64,000 nucleotides of DNA, from contig CAYSHM010000006.1 in the NCBI GenBank assembly GCA_964430885.1, forward strand, positions 32,001 through 96,000, given 5' to 3'. A program made the translations under genes and the position numbers. This document shows, piece after piece, positions 38,477 to 48,352 of the stretch (the stretch's first letter is position 1; the number at the start of each line of letters is the position of its first letter). The stretch comes from an uncultured archaeon. GTDB lineage: Archaea > Thermoplasmatota > Penumbrarchaeia > JASLWR01. Under the pieces are notes generated by a model. It saw nothing but the letters and a program-made list of their open reading frames with translations. It did no database searches and had not been told where the DNA came from.

Positions 38477-41400
38477 TTGATTATTATGAAATCTGATAGA
38501 AGCTTCTTAAAAATTGCATTTACATTATTCATACTGGTCTTTTTTGTTGCCCAAATGAATGTAGGAATTTTAAAAGGAGTTCCAGCAATAAAAAATGGCC
38601 TCCATACTGCAGAGATATCTCGGGATTTAATGAAAACCAGTAGGTCCAAAGGAGATCAATGGATGCTGGTAGATACCATCCAGGAAGAGATCACAGTACA
38701 GAGCGGATCTCAGACCTTCATTGAGATGAATGGAGAAACTGGAAAACTTGAGATAACTGATGCCCTGAACTTCAGCAGAGCTTTCAGTGATGATGCATTG
38801 GAGGATATATCTGCCGTTCCATCCTGGTTAAGACCAGCTTTAGAGGAGAAGCTTGTCTATGCAGGGGTAAAGGGGCATGAGATAGCTGACACATTCCACG
38901 CCTTCGGTGATCTGGACGGCGATAATGATCTTGATATGATCAGTTATGAATATCCGGAGTACCATTTCTATAAGAATGTAGGGACGCCTGCACTTTCACT
39001 GTTCAAAATGGATGATACAATTGGTTCATTGGAAGAACTGAACCGGATGGAACTGGATATGCCTATCACCCTGGGTGATGCAGACGGAGACGGTGATAAT
39101 GATCTGGTGGCAGGTTACTATTCAACATACTACTATTTTGAGAATACTGGTACAGCAAGAACTCCGATATTTTCCCTCATTTCTGAAACTGCCACTTCAT
39201 CAGGTTTGAACAGCCCTTGCTTATCAGACATGACGGATGATGGACTCTCTGATCTAATACTTGGCAAGGAGAACGGCAGATGCGAGCTATGGATAAATGC
39301 CGATTCAGAGAACGAGACTGAATTTTTCCAAAATTCTCTCGCCATGACCATTGTCGATGTGGGAAATGATGCCTCTCCTACGGCAGGAGATATGGATGGC
39401 GATGGTGACCTGGACCTCGTGATAGGGTCGGATTCAGCTATCCTTCACTATTACGAGAACATGGGTTCCGAGACTTCACCTTTGTTCACATCGGATAACC
39501 TGGCCATATTCGCGGATATCAGGGCAGGCACCAGGCTTCGCCCTCATCTTGTTCCACTGGATACCGATGGGCTGAATGACCTGGTTCTCTCTTCCTCCCA
39601 GGATCGAACCTATTTCTTTGATAATTTAGGGTCCTCCTACAATCCCCTTTTCAAGATATCCTCCAGCTACGAGCTATGGTCGGGTATGTACTATTATCCA
39701 CCAAACCGATTGCTGAGGATCATGGACGAATCTGTTGTCCAGCCCTATCTTGACCTGATATCATCTGCCCCAGCCCACCTTGTTGATGAGATAGCCTATT
39801 CCATATCCTACACTAGTGATGATGTGCTCCTCAATGGCCAGGTTCTACCAGAAATGTATCTTGATAATGCTGAATATGTTTATTATGCTGATGAAAGACT
39901 TGATTATGTGGACCTTGTCGAAATAGAGGATATGAATATGGGCGGTCCATACACTACAGCGGTCTACAGAGTAACTGAGAACGAGATGCTCAGAGAGATC
40001 ACCATGCCCAGGGATATCTATTATCGGTTCATTGTGCACCCAAAAGTGACCGAGGAAACCCCAACTTTCATAGATCCTGATACCGGCGGTTTTTCCCAGC
40101 CGGTGAGCAATGGCGGTAACGGCCGGTTCTGGCGGGAATATTTTCTCAACCATGCTGATGACTCCTACCCTTCTGATCCTGACCCGGATGACGGCCTTGA
40201 CCAGTATCCTGAAAATGCCACTCCTCCTCTACTTCTGGAGCTTCTGGAGGGCGTTGAGACCCTTTTCAACAGAACCACTTTTCACGCTCCTGCCGACAGG
40301 GACCCCTATTACGGAGACCATGCTGTAATACGGATCTCAAATTGGGTGGGCAAGACCCTGATACTCAATCAGCAGGAAGTGAGCGATGATGAGCGCCCCA
40401 TTCAGCCCGTGCGTATCGCACGGAGCCATAATGGGAACTGCGGTGAGCTTCAGGACCTTACGGTCGCAGCGGCTAGGGCCGCATTGGTCCCGGCAGCAGG
40501 TGCTATTATGATGGCTGAGGACCATGTATGGATAGAGTTCTGGGAGGATGAATGGCATCAATGGGATAACTACTGGAGCGACAGCGGAAGTATTATCGAT
40601 AACTGGGACAACTACTGGTACGGTTGGGGAGGAAGAGGGGGTTCAGGCATATACAAATGGTATTCCAATGATATGATAGGCGATGTTACACCTCAATATG
40701 TACCTTCAGAGGTGCTGTCGGATGTAAATGTGCTTGTCACTGATAGGAACGGTGAACCTGTAGATGGTGCAAGGGTAGTGATCGGGTCCCATTGGCTTAT
40801 GGAACACTCTACTGATTCTGACATCACAGCCCCCTTTCCAAGCATTTGGAATTACACTGATTCCGATGGTTTTGCCCGATTCAGGCTTACAAGCAATAAC
40901 ATATCCATCAAGGTAATTTCCCGTTTAGGCAACGGAGCAGTGACCAAAACATTTATCGATCCGGGTACGGTTTATCATTTTGAGGTATCTTTGGAAGGTG
41001 CAAAGAACCGTCCGCTAATGAGAGTAATGGAGATACCTGACCCGGAAGATGATGATTGGAAGATCGAATATGATCTTGAGGTTGTCGGTGCTTATCAGCG
41101 CCCGCCGAATGCAGATACAGGTTCTGTTCATAGCCATCCTATTTACAGTGCCAACCATATGGATTTTTCCATATTGCCACAGAATGAGTTTCATTCATTT
41201 CGAAGAACAGGTATTTGGGCATCAGGCTTCCGGCCAATATCTGATACGGTTGATTATACGGGAGATATCCAGGTGGGAACGGACCGCAATGTATATTTCC
41301 TCCTTCATAACTGCGACCAGATGGAGACATTCAAAAAGGTAAAGGTGAATCTCAGTGTTTACAAAAGAATGGACAATAAACCCTTTGTGACAATTGAAGA

Positions 41401-42994
41401 ACCTATTGGAGGTGCCATATATCTTACAGATGAGGATATCAGGGTGTCAGGGGCTGCACTAGATAGGGAAGGAATTGAGACCCTTGAACTTAGTGTGGAC
41501 AATGTGGGAAGGGATATCACCCTTTATCTTGATAACGGCAGCTATGTTTATACATTGGAAGCCGGAGAGATAGAGGTAGGGAATCATAGTTTGAAAGTGA
41601 AGGCCCGAAACACGAGAGGTTATATATCTTCCATGGAGACCTGGTTTCATGTGTCAGATCTGGTTCCCCCGGAAGTGACGTTCTCAGCTCCACTTGAAGG
41701 GGAAAGCTATCTTATTCCGGAAGAACTCCTCATCAAAGGAAGGGTTGAAGGCCATTCCATGGAATATCTGGAATTGTTTGTCCAAGGTCCTGAGGTGAAT
41801 GAGGAAAAGGATATCACTCCTTCCCTAAACGGGAATAACTTCGATTACGGGCTCAAGACGGACGCATATCCTGAAGGAGAATATGAGATCACAGTCAAGG
41901 CAGTGGATGAGCTGAACCAAGTAGGTGCAGCTTCAGTGATAATTAATTTCGTCAAGGAACATGATGTTTTAGCTCCGAACCTTGTGATCAATAATCCGGT
42001 TCCAGGTACCGATTATTATACCGATGAATATATAGTTCTGAACGGTACCGCGATCGATAATGTAGAGATAGTTACTCTGACCCTCATTGTAGACCAGGAT
42101 GAACCTATTGAGATCACCCATCGGATCATGGAGGAAGGTGAGTTCTCCCAATACCTAGATACATCTGATTTAGTTCTGGGAAGACATACAGTAAGCTTGA
42201 TCGCCGAGGATTCAGAGGGAAATCGAGCATTAGCAGACACTTATTTTTATCTGAAGGAAAGACCCGAACTTCCCCCATTGCCTCCTAATATACTTATTGA
42301 ACGCCCATCAGAGGGTGAGGTATTCGAACTAGGGGAGCAGGTGGTATTGGAAGCAGAGATATTCAGTGAACTGGAAATAATTGTTCTTCGGTATTCAATT
42401 GACGGCGGAGCTACCTGGACCGATGGGATGTCCCAATACAGTCAGCTATCTGGTTCTTTCGATGTCACTGTGGATTCGGAGAAATTGGAAGTGGGTTTGA
42501 ACCAGTTTTTAATTGAACTCGTGGATATTCAGGAACAAGAAGCTGATGGATGGGTATATGTCGAAATAATTGATACGACTGCACCTGATGTGAGATGGAA
42601 GACATCCGTAGGCGGTAGTGTCTACACGTTGGAGGACAGTCTATCACTATCTGTATCGGTAGAGGACCTAACCCGCATAAAGAGAGTTGAGTTGATCATG
42701 GAAGGTGAAGGGCTCCTCCGGAGTTTCGATATGGAAAGAGGAAATGACAACAGTACCTACATCATCGATCTGGAACTCATACAATTCTTCCAGGGTGAAT
42801 ACAGCATCAAGGCGGAAGCTGAGGATTGGGAAGGCAATGTTGGAACAGTTACTGAACAATTGCTTATCAAGGACATCAGCGGGGGGGATCGGGAGGAAAA
42901 GGGAGGGGTTCCCGGAATACTGATAGCCTTAGGGATAATACTGGGACTGTTTATTGTACTGGTTGTTGTTGTTCTGGTATCCAGGGAAAGGTGA
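38477..42994 (+). CDS. Membrane-anchored surface protein: FG-GAP repeats, transglutaminase-like domain and Ig-like repeats
   Basis: GDLDGDNDLD repeats; GNCGELQ...DHVWIEFW...WHQWD (Cys-His-Asp); C-terminal TM. Confidence 0.82.
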   Translation: MIIMKSDRSFLKIAFTLFILVFFVAQMNVGILKGVPAIKNGLHTAEISRDLMKTSRSKGDQWMLVDTIQEEITVQSGSQTFIEMNGETGKLEITDALNFSRAFSDDALEDISAVPSWLRPALEEKLVYAGVKGHEIADTFHAFGDLDGDNDLDMISYEYPEYHFYKNVGTPALSLFKMDDTIGSLEELNRMELDMPITLGDADGDGDNDLVAGYYSTYYYFENTGTARTPIFSLISETATSSGLNSPCLSDMTDDGLSDLILGKENGRCELWINADSENETEFFQNSLAMTIVDVGNDASPTAGDMDGDGDLDLVIGSDSAILHYYENMGSETSPLFTSDNLAIFADIRAGTRLRPHLVPLDTDGLNDLVLSSSQDRTYFFDNLGSSYNPLFKISSSYELWSGMYYYPPNRLLRIMDESVVQPYLDLISSAPAHLVDEIAYSISYTSDDVLLNGQVLPEMYLDNAEYVYYADERLDYVDLVEIEDMNMGGPYTTAVYRVTENEMLREITMPRDIYYRFIVHPKVTEETPTFIDPDTGGFSQPVSNGGNGRFWREYFLNHADDSYPSDPDPDDGLDQYPENATPPLLLELLEGVETLFNRTTFHAPADRDPYYGDHAVIRISNWVGKTLILNQQEVSDDERPIQPVRIARSHNGNCGELQDLTVAAARAALVPAAGAIMMAEDHVWIEFWEDEWHQWDNYWSDSGSIIDNWDNYWYGWGGRGGSGIYKWYSNDMIGDVTPQYVPSEVLSDVNVLVTDRNGEPVDGARVVIGSHWLMEHSTDSDITAPFPSIWNYTDSDGFARFRLTSNNISIKVISRLGNGAVTKTFIDPGTVYHFEVSLEGAKNRPLMRVMEIPDPEDDDWKIEYDLEVVGAYQRPPNADTGSVHSHPIYSANHMDFSILPQNEFHSFRRTGIWASGFRPISDTVDYTGDIQVGTDRNVYFLLHNCDQMETFKKVKVNLSVYKRMDNKPFVTIEEPIGGAIYLTDEDIRVSGAALDREGIETLELSVDNVGRDITLYLDNGSYVYTLEAGEIEVGNHSLKVKARNTRGYISSMETWFHVSDLVPPEVTFSAPLEGESYLIPEELLIKGRVEGHSMEYLELFVQGPEVNEEKDITPSLNGNNFDYGLKTDAYPEGEYEITVKAVDELNQVGAASVIINFVKEHDVLAPNLVINNPVPGTDYYTDEYIVLNGTAIDNVEIVTLTLIVDQDEPIEITHRIMEEGEFSQYLDTSDLVLGRHTVSLIAEDSEGNRALADTYFYLKERPELPPLPPNILIERPSEGEVFELGEQVVLEAEIFSELEIIVLRYSIDGGATWTDGMSQYSQLSGSFDVTVDSEKLEVGLNQFLIELVDIQEQEADGWVYVEIIDTTAPDVRWKTSVGGSVYTLEDSLSLSVSVEDLTRIKRVELIMEGEGLLRSFDMERGNDNSTYIIDLELIQFFQGEYSIKAEAEDWEGNVGTVTEQLLIKDISGGDREEKGGVPGILIALGIILGLFIVLVVVVLVSRER

Positions 42995-43169
42995 GTAAGG
43001 TTAATTGATTCTTATATATGTTGATCCAAAACAATCGGCATATATTGACGGCATAGAATATCGTCTGAACGGTGCGTTGGTTTGAGTCATTTGTTTTATA
43101 AGGGGAAAGTTTTATATTCTTGTCGCAATATCCATTTTTAATCCTTCAGTGTAGATTCGGGTGATGTAA

Positions 43170-46100
43170 ATGTCAGAAATAAATCTCAAAGGTATTATTC
43201 TGTCTGTTTTTGTGATGTTATTGTTCATATTTGGTTCATTTCAGATGATAGATCTGGAAAGTGATAAGTGTTCAAGCAGAGTTCAATTTAGGAGCGGAGC
43301 TTCTGAATCAGTTAATGAATATATGGTTATTGAACCGGAATATCTCAAAATGACAAGGGGCAATCTCGTGAACGGAGTTGGTTCCTGGAGCTATGAGGTT
43401 GTAAATGACGGTCCTGATGTGGGCTATGATATCTCACTGGCCAGAGGGAATGACGGAAGCATTCACATCTGCTACCACGACGATCCCATTGACCGTATGG
43501 CATATATGAAATGGGAGTCAGGCACCTGGGAAAGAACGCTCCTGGATTACAATATCGTTAAGAACTATGGATCCAGTATAGATCTGGATTCCCATGGCAA
43601 CCCAGGAATGACATATTCGGCAATAGGTGAATTGATATATGTCAGTCTTGTAGGCGGAGATTTTGTCAACCAGACAGTAGATTTTGAGACTGGAGGGTAT
43701 GTGGGAGTGTATTCTTCCCTGAAATACGATTCCAGTAATGACCCGCATATAAGCTATCAGGATGCTTCGCCCGGATTCTTTGATCTGATGTATGCCTATA
43801 ATACGGCGGATACCTGGTATGTTGAGATAGTTGATGACGAAGGAACCAACGGCAAGTTCACCTCATTGGATCTGGATAACAACGGGAAACCCCATATCGC
43901 CTACCAGAAGACGGAAGGATTCGAGCTGAGATATGCTGACAAAACAGGTGCGGCTTGGGATACGGAAACCATAGAGGCGGGTGAAGCGTCCTATGGGTGG
44001 CATAACTCGATAGCGGTAGATTCTAACGGGAGACCTCATATCGCCTATTACGAGAATACCAACGGAATTCTGAAATATGCCCGCTGGACCGGTTCTCAGT
44101 GGTCCATTGAACAGGTGGACCCTGCGGAATATGCAGGTAGTTACCCATCACTTGTTCTGGATGATTCCAACAATCCTCATATCTGCTATTACAGCTCCCG
44201 CTGGAACTCCGATAACGGCCGGTTGAAATATGCCCATAAGACTGGTCAGGGATGGACATTGGAATTTCTGCATAATTCCACTGCCATGGGAAAACATCCT
44301 TCTTTAGTGCTTGATGATGATGAGAGGCCTGTTGTGGCATATACCGATGCTGGTCAGGATGCACTCCGATTATTGAGATGGGATGATGAGGCCCCATCAG
44401 CAAATGCAGGTACGGATATTGTGACCCTCCAGGGAGTGAATACAGATTTTAATGGGTCCGGATCAAGGGACAATTACGGTATTTCCAGCTACGATTGGAC
44501 TTTTGAATACAACGGCTACATGAAATATCTCACCGGAAAGACGCCCTACTACAAGTTCAATGATGTGGGGGTTTACACCATAACCCTCAATGTTACGGAT
44601 AATGCAGGCAACTGGGATCAGGTTGTCTTCAATGTTACCGTTAATGATAATGAGCGACCTTACGCAGATGCCGGTGGCCCTTACAACGGCCCCCAGAACG
44701 AAGCAGTTTATTTCAACGGCAATGTATCATATGATAATGTGGGCATAGACAGCTATACCTGGACATTGGACTACCAGGGAGCTGAAGAGGAGCTGTTTGG
44801 GATAGATCCCTATTTTGTGTTCGGAGAAGCAGGTCAATACAACATTTCTCTCAATGTAACGGATTCAGCTGGGTTTTGGGATACTGACGCTGCTACAGTG
44901 ACCATATGGGATTCTGAGAATCCGGTGGCAGTTGCTGGGAATGACCGGACAATTGATCAAGGTGAAGGAATAACGTTTGATGGGCTTTCCAGCACTGATA
45001 ATACGGAGATAACCGGTTATGAGTGGACCATATTCCTTGAAGGCATGGTAGTAGAGGTTTTCGGAGGAGCTACCCCCAAGTATGTTTTCAATAATGCCGG
45101 GGAATATGTGGTTTCTTTGAATGTTTCTGATTCCACCGGCAACTGGGATATTGATTCCATTACCGTGACGGTTCTGGATACCACCGACCCCACGGTTCAG
45201 GGCGAGGTTCCGGATTCGGTTCCTCAGGGGACCAGGGTGCTATTGAACGCTACGGCTAGTTCAGACAACGTGGGTATTGTGAAGTATAAATGGACCTTCA
45301 ATTACAATGGTATCTCCATGTCACTGAACACTGCTTTAGCCGAATTCACCTTTGAGATAATAGGTCTGTATGATATTGTTTTGAAAGTTGAGGATGCCGA
45401 GGGTAATTATGATACCCTGCATTTTTCATTGAACGTAACAGATACGATGTCCCCTGCAGTAGAGATCACTAGTGCCAGTCCAAAGGAGGTTAATGGCTCT
45501 CTCTATGTTTTCGATGCATCGGGCAGTTCAGATAATATGGATATTGTTCAGTATATCTGGAAGTTCAAAGACAGGGGAAATGATGTCACACTAACTGGAG
45601 ATGTTGTGGAGTATAATTTTACCAAGGGCGGAAAATACAATATCAGTCTCAGAGTATTGGATGCAGCTGGAAATGAGAACGTTTCATTTGTTGTCATATC
45701 TTACGGGAAGGTTTCCCAGGGTGATGACGATTCTTCGTCGGATGACGATTCATCCGATGATGATGATTCAGTTTCGGGAGATAAGGGCAGTGGTGATGAT
45801 GGACCAAATTGGCTCTTGATAATAATATTATTAATGCTGGCAGCCATTATTATAGGTGTCGGAATAGTGGTAGCGGTTTATATGGTGAAGAAGAATAAAG
45901 AGGAGAAGGATGAACCGGATGATGATAGGGTAGAGGGTATTGAAGAAGCCTCTCAACCCCAATCACCCCAGGAGCTCTACGCCCAGCTTTATGGTTCTTC
46001 ACCTCCCAGGGGTCCGGGAGATTACGGAAATGAAGGAGTAGTACCTGGCCACTCAGGACCTCCTCCGGCAGAACGAAGGTCTCCTACTGCCGAACAAGCT

Positions 46101-46241
46101 AAGCAAAAAGCGGTTCAGCAAAAAGCAGCCGCGGAACCTGGAACTCCGCAGCAAAACCCGAATGCCGAAAAAATCGCTCCTGGTAAACCCCGATCACCTC
46201 AGGTTCCCGGCAGCAGTCCGCCTCGACCACCGAAACAATAG
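43170..46241 (+). CDS. Surface protein: beta-propeller, PKD repeats, TM anchor and Pro-rich tail
   Basis: Repeated SL.LD....PHI.Y...LKYA blades; five S.DN..I..Y.W PKD units; WLLIIILLMLAA TM. Confidence 0.82.
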   Translation: MSEINLKGIILSVFVMLLFIFGSFQMIDLESDKCSSRVQFRSGASESVNEYMVIEPEYLKMTRGNLVNGVGSWSYEVVNDGPDVGYDISLARGNDGSIHICYHDDPIDRMAYMKWESGTWERTLLDYNIVKNYGSSIDLDSHGNPGMTYSAIGELIYVSLVGGDFVNQTVDFETGGYVGVYSSLKYDSSNDPHISYQDASPGFFDLMYAYNTADTWYVEIVDDEGTNGKFTSLDLDNNGKPHIAYQKTEGFELRYADKTGAAWDTETIEAGEASYGWHNSIAVDSNGRPHIAYYENTNGILKYARWTGSQWSIEQVDPAEYAGSYPSLVLDDSNNPHICYYSSRWNSDNGRLKYAHKTGQGWTLEFLHNSTAMGKHPSLVLDDDERPVVAYTDAGQDALRLLRWDDEAPSANAGTDIVTLQGVNTDFNGSGSRDNYGISSYDWTFEYNGYMKYLTGKTPYYKFNDVGVYTITLNVTDNAGNWDQVVFNVTVNDNERPYADAGGPYNGPQNEAVYFNGNVSYDNVGIDSYTWTLDYQGAEEELFGIDPYFVFGEAGQYNISLNVTDSAGFWDTDAATVTIWDSENPVAVAGNDRTIDQGEGITFDGLSSTDNTEITGYEWTIFLEGMVVEVFGGATPKYVFNNAGEYVVSLNVSDSTGNWDIDSITVTVLDTTDPTVQGEVPDSVPQGTRVLLNATASSDNVGIVKYKWTFNYNGISMSLNTALAEFTFEIIGLYDIVLKVEDAEGNYDTLHFSLNVTDTMSPAVEITSASPKEVNGSLYVFDASGSSDNMDIVQYIWKFKDRGNDVTLTGDVVEYNFTKGGKYNISLRVLDAAGNENVSFVVISYGKVSQGDDDSSSDDDSSDDDDSVSGDKGSGDDGPNWLLIIILLMLAAIIIGVGIVVAVYMVKKNKEEKDEPDDDRVEGIEEASQPQSPQELYAQLYGSSPPRGPGDYGNEGVVPGHSGPPPAERRSPTAEQAKQKAVQQKAAAEPGTPQQNPNAEKIAPGKPRSPQVPGSSPPRPPKQ

Positions 46242-46498
46242 CTGCTCCTTATCAATTTTAATGGTTTATTCTTCCCTAAATTCATAGTGCATAGAATGAA
46301 ATTTATTAGGAAGCGAATAAATTATATGTCCTTAAAAGGTAATGTCTTTCTATGAAATTTATCATTTGGTCTAGATGAAATGCATCCTTTATTCCATGCC
46401 CTCCAGGTTATTGAAATCAACATGATTTTATTTTCCCTGAAAATGGGTCCTATTTACTAATGGATCAGCAGTGTATGGAATGCTCATGCAGAATAGCA

Positions 46499-46516
46499 TA
46501 AAAAGTAATAAATAAA
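46499..46516 (+). promoter_or_regulatory. Possible archaeal BRE/TATA promoter of the BMC operon
   Basis: TAAAAAGTAATAAATAAA about 80 nt upstream of the first BMC gene, which has an AGGAGG SD; the region is AT-rich so the call is weak. Confidence 0.3.
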
Positions 46517-46593
46517 AGAGCTGGCCATTGGGGCTTTATTACAATTTCAGGTTAAATGGATTGTAGCGTATTATTATAGGAGGTTGAAGGACT

Positions 46594-47223
46594 TTGTCAG
46601 AAGGATTACAGTTGAGGACATTTATATTCATCGATCAGATGCAGCCGCAATTTGCAGCATATCAGGCTACTGTCGGGAGAGGTTATCTGCCAGTATCAGG
46701 TATGGCTGCAATATATATTGAAACTGCACCCGGAATGCCCATCAATCGGGTTACGGATCTGGCATTGAAATATACAAGTGTGAGACCGGCAGAACTAATA
46801 GTGGAGCGAGCTTTTGGAATGTTGGAATTCCATCATGAATCCCAGTCCGAGGTCAGAACAGCGGGAAAAGCCGTTCTAGATGGCCTAGGTTTGGAGGAGA
46901 TGGACAGATATAAACCAAAGGTTGTGACCAATGAGATAATCAAGAAAATAGATGATTACCAGTCAATGATAATCAATCGTTCCTGGAGGGGTATGATGAT
47001 CCTTCATGATCATTCTCTCTTCATTATGGAGACTCAGCCTGCCGCTTATATAACCTATGCCGCAAACGAGGCCGAAAAGGCAGCAGATATCAATATTGTC
47101 GGCATCAGGGCAGCCGGTGCCTTTGGCAGGCTGTACATCAGCGGTTGGGAATCCGATGTCAGGGCCGCAGCGGATGCCGCTACGACGGCCATAGAGGGTA
47201 TTGACGGTAGGGATGATTGGTAG
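46594..47223 (+). CDS. BMC shell trimer, BMC-T (CcmP/CsoS1D-like, stacked-trimer type)
   Basis: LRTFIFIDQMQPQFA, ETAPG..I..VTDLALK, VERAFGMLEFH, ANEAEKAA, GAFGRLYISG. Confidence 0.93.
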   Translation: MSEGLQLRTFIFIDQMQPQFAAYQATVGRGYLPVSGMAAIYIETAPGMPINRVTDLALKYTSVRPAELIVERAFGMLEFHHESQSEVRTAGKAVLDGLGLEEMDRYKPKVVTNEIIKKIDDYQSMIINRSWRGMMILHDHSLFIMETQPAAYITYAANEAEKAADINIVGIRAAGAFGRLYISGWESDVRAAADAATTAIEGIDGRDDW

Positions 47224-47245
47224 TTCCGCCGACCTAGGTGTCTTT

Positions 47246-47992
47246 ATGGATCCCGACCGTCTCAGGACCATCGTTCTGGAGCAGGTACGGAGATATTTTC
47301 AGAACGAGGGAATGGAGTTCATTCGATATGAAAAGGATTCCGAAGAAGGATCTAAAGGTATATTGATAGTGATAAACCGAACTGATCCATCAATGGACCT
47401 TTTATTCAGCCAGATAAACAATCTGGTATCTGCTGGTCATAACATCACATTGATGAGCACCTCCGAAGTGAGGGCAATATTGGGCCAGCAGGGCTATTGG
47501 TCACTTGACCGGATCACCTACTTGTCTATTGATGATACCCGAAAGGTCAACATGAAAATTGACGAATATTGGTCCCTGCTATTTCCGGTTATAGGTTACT
47601 CCCTGGCCGGAGAGATATCAGCCTTAAAAGATACAAATCCATTGGCGGATTTGGCTTTGACGGCCCTGCGCAGTGGATTGGATGTCGGAGTGGCAGTGGA
47701 TACCCTTGAGACTGTAGGGAAGAAGGCTCGTAGGCCAAAGCTGATCTCCGAGTCCACCAGGATACAGAAGGGCTTATCGGGAATAGGCGTGAGATTGGTA
47801 ACCCTGGAAAATATGGTCAACGAGATGTCCTTTGACAAACGGAGGTTCACAGGCCGAGTGCTGACAGAGGATATAATAAACAGCTATATGTCCCGTGGCG
47901 TGTTCGATATCAATGTGGATGAAGATACTGTGATCACGCCTTTGGCAAGGGAAAGGGCAAGGGAGTTGAACATTCGAATAAATATCATTTAG
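47246..47992 (+). CDS. BMC-associated protein: encapsulation-peptide-like N-terminus, flavoprotein-like middle, C-terminal ITPLAR domain
   Basis: MDPDRLRTIVLEQVRRYF; VLTEDII...DTVITPLARERARELNI; located inside the BMC operon. Confidence 0.6.
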   Translation: MDPDRLRTIVLEQVRRYFQNEGMEFIRYEKDSEEGSKGILIVINRTDPSMDLLFSQINNLVSAGHNITLMSTSEVRAILGQQGYWSLDRITYLSIDDTRKVNMKIDEYWSLLFPVIGYSLAGEISALKDTNPLADLALTALRSGLDVGVAVDTLETVGKKARRPKLISESTRIQKGLSGIGVRLVTLENMVNEMSFDKRRFTGRVLTEDIINSYMSRGVFDINVDEDTVITPLARERARELNIRINII

Positions 47993-48040
47993 AAATTGAA
48001 TTAATAGGATCAGATATCATAGATCAAGGAGTGTAAGAAA

Positions 48041-48334
48041 ATGAAATTGTGCAGAGTGGTAGGAAATGTGGTAGCCACTGTCAAGGACCGAAACATCGAG
48101 TCCTTCAAGCTGATGATAGTACAACCGGTGGATTTCAAGGAACAGAAGCCCTATGGAGAGCCTCTAGTGGCAATAGATGCGGTTGGTGCCGGCCAAGATG
48201 AGCTGGTCCTGATAGTTCAGGGAAGTTCCGGCAGAATGACCGCTATAACTGACCAGAAACCGTCCGACTGTACGATAATGGCAATTGTGGATTTTGTGAC
48301 CTTAAACGGTGAACAGACCTTTGCAAAACGGTGA
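48041..48334 (+). CDS. BMC vertex pentamer BMC-P (EutN/CcmL family) #1
   Basis: M.LCRVVGNVVATVKD, VAIDAVGAG..ELVLIVQGSSGR, D..IMAIVD. Confidence 0.96.
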   Translation: MKLCRVVGNVVATVKDRNIESFKLMIVQPVDFKEQKPYGEPLVAIDAVGAGQDELVLIVQGSSGRMTAITDQKPSDCTIMAIVDFVTLNGEQTFAKR

Positions 48335-48352
48335 TCGAGGGAGGTTTTAATA

